Under the pieces are notes generated by a model, which did no database searches, was not told where the DNA came from, and saw only the letters and a program-made list of their open reading frames with translations. This document shows positions 47,288 to 58,600 of a stretch of DNA of 64,000 nt, in pieces. The DNA lies in contig NW_026782179.1 in NCBI RefSeq assembly GCF_031769215.1, positions 2,108,001 through 2,172,000 on the forward strand. Direction: 5' to 3'. This DNA is from Ylistrum balloti (Eukaryota). Each line of letters begins with the position of its first letter. Positions within the stretch are counted from its first letter, which is position 1. The position numbers and the translations under genes are program-made.

Positions 47288-50200
47288 TCAGTCCACTTTC
47301 ACAAACACCTTTGATCTGGAAAATATCTTTTTTGCCTCGTCTACTTCTGCAAGTTTTTTCTCAATTTCTTGTTTTTGTGAACGTATTCTAAAAGTGTCCA
47401 TTCTTAAAGGCAATGCCGACATTTCACGCACTAGTTCTTCTTCCTCTGCAAATTAATGAAATAAACTTAGTGTTGATGACTCTTTGTCAAGTTCACAAAA
47501 ATCGTTATCTCTTACTGTACTGGTTTATATATATATATATTTTTTTTTTCAGATTTCTTAACTAGACAATTTAACAGGTACCTCTACTCAGTAGGACCTA
47601 ATCCAAATTTATGGAGCAAATATTTCTCTTTAACATCTGAAACATCATGTCTCATTGGTCACTATGACAATAAATCCAATTTTATAAAAGAAAATATCAA
47701 ATGACCTACTTTTTATCAGCAGATTCAGTGTTGTACGCCTCTCAGTCTCTGGTAACTGTCTATGACCAGGGGGCATTTCTGGGTCTGGTATGTTAGCTAT
47801 ACGATCCTCCTCCTCTTTTTTCCATTGTGTTTTGCGTGATTGAAGGCTGAAGTAGTAAATTACCAGTTATCAGATTTTAAAAAAGCCCACATATTTGAGG
47901 ATGACTCATTGACTACTGGAAACAACGAAAAAAATTTGGACAGAATGAAAAGTTGCCATAGTTAATATTATAAAAGGATAGGATAAAACTCACAAAGTTT
48001 AATTTACAGTGACTTTTTCTAATTATAACTCGAATAAATATTTTTTTTTAAACAAAACATACTATTTAGGAACCTCTCCAAATTTGTGATTCTGTGTAAA
48101 TTGTTCATCTCTGCTCTTCTTAAGGTCGTCTAATGCTGTGAGGCTTGGACTCCTCACTATAGGAACCCTTTTGGCATTCATACCATTAATTTTTATGAAG
48201 TCAAAGTTATTCCTTGTCATCTTGACCTGAGAGAATAAGATGATGGTTAAGTATGTAAAATTCCCAAAATATTTACCATGCAGTTATGATTCAATCTTTG
48301 TAATACAGAAAACTAATGTATACCAAGGTAGCTATATGCCTGCATACTTATGTCATTACAATGGCACTTTTAAACAAAAGCATGATTTTTAATGCTTTGT
48401 TGTAGTCTATGGATATTGATTAAAAATTGTTTAGTGCAAACTCTGCCATCATCTGTCAATATTTACAAAGCAAATGCTAATGTGTACAATGTCGTACTAT
48501 CAGGGCTCTCGATCTGTCAGATTTTGGGCTGAATATCCCAATGCAAAATAGTATCTTTTTTTCCCAATTTAGACCCCAAGTTTTCCCAATTCTAAGGAAA
48601 ACACCATTATTTTCCCAATTCTAAGGGCCCCGGGCCCCAGTCCTAAAATGGGGTGTGAGAGCCCTGACTATACATATAAACCTACATCAACAGCTGAATT
48701 AGCACGAGGAACTGTCAGTTTTTCATCAGGTACATTAACTTCTGGAGTGCTAGGACGAGATGGAAACTTAACCGATGGGCCTGACCGAGAATGAGCTCTG
48801 GTGAAACAAGCAGAGTGTGGTCTAGGTGCATCTGGTTCACGCTGAAACAAGCAAACGTCATGTGTTATTATTGATAGAATGAATTTTTATTATTTCACCG
48901 GTCACACAGGCTGTTTGCTGTACAAATCAACCAGTGATACATTTAGGGAGTCTCCACTCTACACTTGTCACACACACACAAACAAAAACTGGATTTTGGC
49001 AAAGAAAATTATACTACATTATTTTTATATTCTAATATCAATGTTTAATTGAACCAAAGATAGGGACACTTCCACCATTTAGTGACTCACTAGGTCTCAC
49101 AGTATGTGTCATTACATTGTTAAATACAAAAAGTTTGCAAAGGCTTATATAGATGAGGTGTTCCTCCCAATCTCAGATGCCAACTTTTTTATTTTCTATA
49201 ATATTAGTTGTGGGGGCATAACTTGTGTAACAGTTTTTACAATGGGGATCAAATGCAAGCAATGACCTTTGAAATCTGTCAATGACCACCAAAATCTATT
49301 CAGGTGTAGAAGTCCTATGATGTGAATATGAGGTTCATTTCATCTCTTTTACACAAGCTTTCCATTTCAAAAGTCAATAGTAACCTTTCACTTTGACTGG
49401 TGACCTCTAATATCAAAACGGGTGTGATATCATATTGTGAATATACACTAAATCTGGTGTTAGGGATGGATTGATACAGTAATTTATGTAGGAATTTTTA
49501 CTAGTGAGTCAAGAGCACCAATTCAAAACTTTTGATGAGATATAGCTATTAGGTTCTCAAAATCTGAGCGAATCTCACAGGAAAATCAAAACCAATGACT
49601 CCAATACTTGAGTTCCAAAAATCACTAGGATGGACACAAAGACAAAGTCATTACTTTATATCCATCCTTTATTAATGGGAAGTGTAATGAGAAAGTATAA
49701 AGGGAATTTGAAAATGCAAAGTGCGAGTTTGTAATTATTTTGTATCGGCAAATAACTTAGCATCACTTTCCTAAAGCATACCTAAGTAAATCATATCAAT
49801 TCCCTGATATCTAGAATCAGATCAATTATGGTAGACACAAAGTATTTATCCTGTAGTAAATTCTTCAAACAGACCAGTTAAATTATCTAAACAATTTGTT
49901 TGTAAAAAGGTTCTTATCTTAGGCTTACATACCTCAATGTCACCCTTCACACGGGACTGAATATCACGATATTTATCAGACTTCCACAATGCCTTTACTG
50001 GTTTGTTGCTTTCTGCTTCTCGTTCCTTACTTTTTCTTTGTATTTGTCTCATTCGCCGTACATTGTCCATATAATGATTTTTTGATTTTGTATCTGTAAC
50101 AAATGATTAATAAAAAGCTTGAATCGAAAATACATGTATATAGATAAGTATATTTTTGTGTGCTTTTTCTTCTACCCGGTAGGGGCATGTTATACAGTGA

Positions 50201-51906
50201 TCATGATGGAGGACCCAAATCACATCAATTTCCCAAATCTCATTATTCAATAACTTCAGAGTACATAAACATACCTATGCAAAATATTTGTGTATACCTT
50301 ATAATACATGGTAAAAACCAAAGAACAGTATCCGTTTACATATAATCATTGTTTTAAAAACAGATCTCAAAAGGATCTTGTTGCCCCTGTTGTGTGATCT
50401 TTATTCGTTATTTACAAGTTAGAACTTTTCCCTTGTTTTCTCTTCTTTCCTCTATTTTTGCTCTTAATGAAATTTAATTTTTTGTTTTTCTAACCAGAGC
50501 TTATATATGAAATTTCAAAAAGGTCAGTCAAGTACTTATTAAGAAACAGCGATAGCAATCTTTCACTCAAAATCCAAGAGAGTTACTTCAGGAATTTTAT
50601 TTTCTGATCAGTCCCAAAATTGGATGGGCAAAACAAGGGACCAAGGAAGCCTACATAGGAAATTTGAGAAAGAGCAATCCAGCACATTTCAAGAAAAAGC
50701 GATATCAAACTTTTATTGTCAAAAATCAGATAGCCGTCTCTGGGCCATTTTGTTTTTCTAATCAGTCCTAACATAAAATGGGCACAACTAGGGCCCATGG
50801 GTAACCTACACAGGGAAGATCAAATCATCAATAATTCTCAAGAAATAGTGATAACAAACTGTCATTGTCAAATTCCAAATAGCTGATTGCCAATCAATCT
50901 GTTTTTCTAAGCAGTCCCAAAATCAAATGGGCACAACTAGAGACAAAGGGGAACTGACTTTTGAAATATGAGAAAGATCCATCCAGTACTTATAAAAGGA
51001 TCTGTGTGTACAACTTCTTTTTTGGCCAAAGAAAGTAAACCTATAACTAGCCAAGGTTTTCTTCTCAGCCTTTCACACTATACATCAAAACAAATTTAAG
51101 ACCTTTTTATGGATGTTGTCTCAGATGTACTTTTTGACTTATAAACTTTGTGGCAGACAACTTTGACTAACATGACCAGTGCTCGAATCGTAAAAGTGAT
51201 TTAAACACTTGTTAGATTTTGGTTCTCATTCCAAAATTCAAATTAGAAAAGCTCTCCAACTACCAAGATAATCAGAATCCGACAAAAAAATGCTACCTTT
51301 GTAATATTGAAGAGATTTGAATATCATTATAAAGAGCAACACCACAATAACACTGTAAATATTTGCTATTCTTAGGGGGTGTTTGAGCAAAGGTTCTGAT
51401 GTTAATCAATATCTGCTGATGTCATTTGACCAACTGCCAATAACTAAACAAGTGTATGTGATTATAATATAGTTGAAAATGTACATAACATGTTCCTTCT
51501 AAGCTTAAACAACAATAACTGAAATTGTTGAGAAGTATTCAGATTAAAACAACGAAAAAACTTGTTTTGTGTTCAAGCAATGGTAAGGTGAATATTTCAA
51601 AATGATTAATAAAAACCTGAGTACACTCATCAAAGTAATTGTTCTGTCTCTTTAAATTGTAAATCATCTTGTTTGATGTAGTTGTGAAACGACGAGGTTT
51701 CGAAATGTGCTGGGAATGAAAAGTTTTGGCATTCAGAATCTCTATGTTTTATCTTCTGTGTCCAGTGGTGATTGACTTGTCTAGGTCTGGACATAATGGT
51801 GAAAGTAGTGATAATATAATCAATTCCATTCCAAACCTGCTCCATATTTCTTTGTTGAACCGTATCCCTGTCCATTAACAAGCATCATTCCGCCTCCACC
51901 ATGCAT
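47288..51906 (-). CDS. ENKD1: Enkurin domain-containing protein 1, about 281 aa; complement(join(47288..47445,47710..47846,48063..48226,48686..48841,49933..50093,51837..51906))
   Basis: Phase-consistent GT-AG exons give ...KNHYMDNVRRMRQIQ...KPVKALWKSDKY..IQSRVK...FTRAHSRSGP...DFIKIN...GEVPKYL...W...PDPEMPPGH...LP...KIFSRSKVFVKVD*, matching human ENKD1 motifs as recalled. The first coding exon is the least certain. Confidence 0.92.
48501..48666. mobile_element. 166-bp MITE with perfect 10-bp TIRs and an apparent 5-bp TSD
   Basis: CAGGGCTCTC...GAGAGCCCTG flanked by ACTAT at 48496-48500 and 48667-48671; internal ttcccaatt repeats. Confidence 0.85.
50560..50990 (-). mobile_element. Decayed repeat units of the same family as 40500-41022, in opposite orientation
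   Basis: The gtcccaaaat...gatgggca..act/aatgggcacaactag unit is repeated three times. Confidence 0.5.
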
Positions 51907-52281
51907 GATGACGCCTTCTGTCAGTTCTTAATTTATAAATAAATGTTTAAGTCTTCTCTGATCATATCACTCTGTCAATCTGTCTGAAATAAATATTACC
52001 AAAAACAATAAGCGTGAAAGAATTTAAGAAATCCTTATTGTGATGTATGCTATGTTTATTTGTCCATGAAGAAATCTATTTGTTTACATATCAGTCATCT
52101 CGAGTCGGACTGGAGATCACGACTCAAGTCCTAACACATTAACTACATGTGATCATATTTGTTTCTGAAACTTACTGTGAAGAAGCCACTTAGGTTGAAA
52201 TAAAAAATAATATTGCAATGCAAAGGCTACATGTACGATACGCGCATGTCTTAGTCACAACGAATAGGAATAATAACAAAC

Positions 52282-52667
52282 CGATGTTTTCAGTTCCAAG
52301 CGCAACGTCTGCCGTCCTCCATGTTGAATTCTACTTGGTAGTCACGTGATAAGCTAAGTTTTTTCCAAAATTCAATCAAAACACCAATATAAGGCAATAT
52401 TTTGGTGATTTTTAAAGTATTAGAATGTATGCCATCCATGATGTCATTGCAAAGCAGTAATATATTGTTTTTAATTCAATTCTCGCGGAAACGGGAGGAA
52501 GTGTCGTCATGGATACGCAAACATCCGCTATCATGGACGACAGCGAGAAAACTAGTTGGGAAATTTAGCAATCATGTAGCGATGAATGGAATGGCTATTT
52601 TTCTTTAACAGCCACTAATGTTTGAGCTGATCAATTTATTCTGACTTACGTTTACTAACCCAGCATA
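52282..52667. promoter_or_regulatory. Putative bidirectional promoter of ENKD1 and the C2orf81-like gene
   Basis: CpG-enriched. Minus-strand first exon with aacATGG at 52322 and donor TCG|GTTTGT at 52282/52281; GTCACGTGAT E-box at 52341-52350; plus-strand ATG at 52668. Confidence 0.65.
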
Positions 52668-55600
52668 ATGTCGAGAGCAGCCGTTTCAAAATCGAGGGCC
52701 GACAAGGGTGCAAAGCCCGGACCACCTGCACACACACCTGTGGTAGCCCATGAAATCGTGCCTGGAAAATTTAATGATCAAGACTGGTACGTTCATTTAG
52801 AGTGGATATATATACATACACAATATACTGACTATTTATTGTCACTGTTTTCGTTGGATGACGTATAGGAAGGTTTAACGATCCCTCTCTCTTTTTAAGA
52901 ATAAGACGTATTCTAATTTGTATTTGAAAGGACAAAAATCACATTCATACCTGTGGCTGTACACCAAGTCCGGTGGAGATAATGGGTAACTCCGAAATGT
53001 TTATGATAGGTTCCATATACAGTGTATCATTTGCATAGTCTTTCGTTACCAAACACAGGCGAATGAAGGTGTAATTTTTAAACGCTTATTTCAAGCTTAG
53101 AGGTTACTTTATAACAACGTCCCTTTTATTCACCAAGGTAACAAGAGTTTTGTCAAAGTTGCCATACATCCTCTCAACGGAAAGGATGCTCATGAATTGA
53201 CTTGTACGTTGCGTAATGACAAATAACATTTCAGAAACATAGCACCTGTCTGCTACTTAAATCACAGTAGTCTGACATTCTATCAATTATGACGTGTAAT
53301 AATCCACATAGGAATTCCATGTATTCTAATATTTTTATGATTGTATTCAGAAATTTAAAAAAAAAAAAAGATTATATATTATTTATACAGAATGTCAGAA
53401 ATTTAGGAGATGCCCTTTAGTACTTAAAAAAGGAATTTCCTCATACGGTGTGTCTATTTTTTCCTATCCCTTTTATATGAACATCTGAAATACCAACCAG
53501 ATTCCTTCAACTCATTGAAATAGGTCAAGATGAGATAGATCAGATAGTAGAATAATTTCAATGAAAAACCTTAATGTTAATTTTCCCAAACCCCATCAAT
53601 CTGATACATTATTGCCAAAAATCAAGTAACTGCTTTTACAGGCAATATTTAGATATGGCTATGAGTGTTTATAAAGAAGATCATGTTTTGTTTTTTTGTT
53701 TTTTGCAGGACATTTATGGTGGAAAAAGATGGTTCTGAGGAATTTGTAGAGGATATAATTGATGAACTTGTGGATAATACTTTAGATGTTATATATGATA
53801 ATTATGTTGGTCAACAGTTACTTCCTTTCACAGTCACTATGGCCAAGGATGCAATTTTACAAATAATAGAAGTAAGAATTCAATTTGCATGGGTCAAAGT
53901 TACAGAGAAAAAAAGGCAGAATTTAAATTAATGCAAGCTAAGATGACTGTTAGTATGACTGTTGTGTTGTGATTGCAAAAATTTCTTATTCAAAGACATG
54001 TTTTAGTCAACCTTCAAGTATTTCCCTTAGAGAGAATGAATCCAGATTTTGTGACTTTTATAAGTTTCATTTTGATACATCACAGTGATAATCTATAGCT
54101 AACATGTTGGCAACTTCTGATTAAAAAGTGTAACAATGGTTAATTAGTATATGAACGTTGAAATACAATCCATCTCAATTCTGATATCATTTCTGCTAGT
54201 TTTAGTGGATGTAACATGTCTCAGAAGGTACAGAAATGTTGATTTTTTTACAGTGGCAATTTTTATCACGAGACGAAGGTGAGCAAGATGTAGAAACAGA
54301 TCAAGGATGGATGGAAGATGAAGGTAATTTTGTACTTCAGCATGTAAATACTGTAACATACAAAGGTAAAACACTCTATATGAGGGCTTATTTTACCACA
54401 TTATTTTTTAATTTTGATATTAGAAATAAGGCAAAATTGTTTTTTGATGTCCCCTTTCTCTATATAAGGAATTTTGAATTCATTGTTTTTTTTATGTTTG
54501 GATAACTTATTCTAGAAACATAGATTGAACTTCTTTTATTTCTGATGGACAATTCTTCAAATTTTGCTATGAATTTTATGATTATGAAGAAATTGTGTCC
54601 TTTTGGTTATAAAATCAATTTGTTTTATAGAGCCTGATCCTGCTGTAACAGATTGTTGGGCACAGGGTTCTGTACCTAAAGCACTTGTTCCTGAAAAACC
54701 AATGACACCTGTTGAAGAAACAATTGAAGAAAATGTGGAAGAAGAGGCTGCAGCAGAGTATGTATATTTCATGTCTTCACAAGAACGAATATAATTCCTG
54801 CTGCGCATTAATGTTATTACATTAAATTTAAGTTAACAAAGTTAATTGATATTGATAAAAATGTATTTGTGTTTTCAATTCAGAACTTTTTTCACTTTTT
54901 AATTGGACTTTTAATATTATTTGTGAAATATTTTCATGTCAATTACAATACAACATAGATTCTTCATGTAATGACATACACTTCAAGATGAAAAAGGTGA
55001 AAGAAAAGGATTCAAGTCAATTGATTTTATACACACAGAGAAGTAGAAGAGGCACAGGTGGAAGAAGAAGAACCTCCAGAGCTGGCTGATAAAGTGTCTG
55101 ATACAGAGGAGGGGCCAAATCAAGAGGAAGTCCAAAAAACCAAAGAAGAAGAAAAGGTTTGCTTCACCATATCATAACTGGTACAAAATTTAGAGCATTT
55201 GTACAAATAGTTGGTAATTTACTTCTCATTATGACAAAGCAGGGGATAGCTACACAAATACATGTTTACAAATTCACTTTGGAACTCTGCCAAATGAATA
55301 TTGTTTATATTAACTTGCATCCATTTGAATATTTATTTAGAAGAAGAAGAGGACAAAATATAAGCCATACACAGGGCGAGTAAAGGCAGGGAAAGGCTTA
55401 AACCAGATGACTGAGTCTTTGGAGCAAACAGAAATGGCTATGATGTATGAGGAGTATGTGAAATCACAGGAGTATGAAGCTGCAGAGAAGGCCAGTGGAC
55501 TTCTCAACATGCCAGTCTCATGCCACTCCATACTTAAGGTAAATCTGATTATCCTATCTGAATAAAAATGTATATACGACACATATGTTACCAGATTATA

Positions 55601-58600
55601 GTAACAAGTAAGTTACCACATTATAGTAACAAATAAGTTAACACATTATAGTAACAAGTAAGTTACCACAGTATAGTAACAAGTAAGTTACCACAATAGA
55701 GTAGCAAGTAAATTATCACATTATAGTAACAAGTTTACTATCATATTATAGTAACAAGTAAGTTACCACAATATAGTAACAAGTAAGTTACCACAATAGA
55801 GTAGCAAGTAAATTATCACATTATAGTAACAAGTTTACTATCATATTATAGTAACAAGTAAGTTACCACATTATAGTTACACGTAAACTACCACAATATA
55901 GTAACAAGTAAACTTCCAGACTGTAGTAACAAGTCAATTACCAAACTGTAGTAACAAGTAAAATACAAAATTGTTGTAATTAGTCAACTACTAACTTATG
56001 ATAACCTGAATAAAGTAAATGAGCAGAGTTAGTGTTAATGTTTAGGGTACATATATATCTTTATTTGTTTTTTTAAGGTATTTTTAAAATAATATTCTTT
56101 CATTTCCAGGTCCAAGCTGGTCGGCCACCAGGAAACAAAGATGTCATGTATGATGATATGGGCAATGTTCTGGCGGTGATCAAACTAAATCCTGAAAAAC
56201 TACCATCTCACAGGTATAACTTGTCATAATATAGACATCTCACAGGTATAACTTGTCATAATATAGACATCTCACAGGTATAACTTGTCATAATATAGAT
56301 ATCACACAGGTATAACTTGTCATAATATAGATATCACACAGGTATAACTTGTCATAATATAGACATCTCATAGGTATAACTTGTCATAATATAGACATCT
56401 CACAGGTATAACTTGTCATAATATAGACATCTCATAGGTATAACTTGTCATAATATAGATATCACAAAGGTATAACTTGTCATAATATGGATATCACACA
56501 GGTATAACTTGTCATAATATAGACATCTCACAGGTATAACTTGTCATAATATAGACATCTCACAGGTATAACTTGTCATAATATAGACATCTCACAGGTA
56601 TAACTTGTCATAATATAGACATCTCACAGGTATAACTTGTCATAATATAGATATCACACAGGTATAACTTGTCATAATATAGACATCACACAGGTATAAC
56701 TTGTCATAATATAGACATCTCACAGGTATAACTTGTCATAATATAGATATCACACAGGTATAACTTGTCATAATATAGATATCTCACAGGTATAACTTGT
56801 CATAATATAGACATCTCACAGGTATAACTTGTCATAATATAGACATCTCACAGGTATAACTTGTCATAATATAGACATCTCACAGGAATAACTTGTCATA
56901 ACATGACATCTCACAGGGATGACTTGTCATAACATGACATCTCATGGGTATAACTACATAGATTTAAAAACAGTCATTACATGTTATGTGGACTTATAAG
57001 TAACTCGCATGGCATGCTGTCTCATGGTCATTAATTCTGTGAAGAGTCATGTTAATTTTTTGTACTCACTGTATTTCTCCCTGTCCTTTTGTCTGCCTGC
57101 AAACACCTAATTACAAAGTAAATGCCTTTTGTTAAAATTTTGTGTCCAAAGTGTAAGTTTTCTTGCATTTAATATAGGAAAATGATACTTTTGTTTGTAT
57201 TTTGATCGACTCTGATGTATTTGTATGCTGATCAGTTGTTTTGTGTTCTTTAGAGTGAAGGTGAAATACCAAGTGGTAGATCCTGCTGTGGAGGCTGCCC
57301 AGGCTAGACTAGAGGCCATGAGGCATGGTCGGTACATGAGTAGAGCAATCCAGCGTAGACTTAAACGCAACAAAGTCGAGGAAATCAGGCCAGATGAAGG
57401 TAACTGTACAAGATGTGCTGGCGAGTGCCATATTTTAAAGAGGAGGATCTTGAATGAGCTTCCATTTCATGGGGTATTTATGAAAATTTTAAAATGGTTT
57501 CAATTTAGTGAGCTGTAGCGAACTAGATGGAAACCAATTGAGAAAATTCATAAATATTATATGATTATATAGCTCATTTGATATTCTTTTTATCATATGA
57601 CACTGTAGACACCATTACCAGCAAAAATCCAGAATGACCAATCCCAAAATTTAGTCCTGCATGCTTTTGTCGCTATTCAGTCAGGATGGTATTAAACGTA
57701 TTGTTTGTATTGACGTCACAATCAAAGTTGTTCAGGCCTGTCAGAATGTCACAGTGTTGTTACACATCAAAGTTAATGTGATGGTGTTATACAATGATAT
57801 AACACAGTAGTCGTATGATAAAAAAATGAAGACAAAACACAACATGATAGTATTATACATAACAGTATTTGGATAATATATCAAAAACCTCACTGTACAG
57901 ATGAGAAATTTTTCCATTTTTATAATATGTACACTAATTATTTTTCTTAAATCGCATGATAACTTTGAAACATTTTGTATCCAGTTTCACATGTCATTAG
58001 AAAATATATTTCTCAGAAAATTATTCAGTACTTGAAATATTATTTTAGATGTCATACAGAATGAACAATTTTGACTTATCATTCATTATAATTTGTGACA
58101 TTCTGATTGGACTGGACTTTGATTGTGACATCATAATAGAATCAGCTGTATGACATCATGATGTCTAGTGAGAAGCCAGGACACAATTTTTAGATTGGTT
58201 ATCAACCTGTTTTAGAATATTTACCAAATGTAGAATTCTAAAGCAGGAATCTAGGGGTCTTTTATTGATTCACTTGTTTTGTCTTTTTTTCTGCCATGAA
58301 AACCATCTTGGTGTAGGAAAAAGTCTTCAGGTGTGGACATACCAAGAATTGCTAGCAATTGAAATGTGTCAAAATCCCATCAAAGGAAATTATGGTGCTG
58401 TCTCTATACTCCCAACCTGCCACAGGCTAAACTACCATTCTGGTTCTTCTGCTAGTCAAGCAGTTCCCTTCGCATCAATAAGGGACAGCATTCCAGCAAG
58501 GCCTTGTGCAGAACTGGAAGATGAAGAACAGAAGGAATGTCTAATACACACACATAACAATTCAAATACTACACACACTCAAAATAGTTGTGATTTACAA

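Noticed and set aside
47952-47965. RFX X-box-like GTTGCCATAGTTAA in an ENKD1 intron
   Set aside because: Imperfect second half-site and far from the promoter; not supportable.
51630-51881. 83-aa minus-strand ORF as an ENKD1 exon
   Set aside because: Different frame from the phase-consistent ENKD1 exon, and it extends past the donor at 51836.
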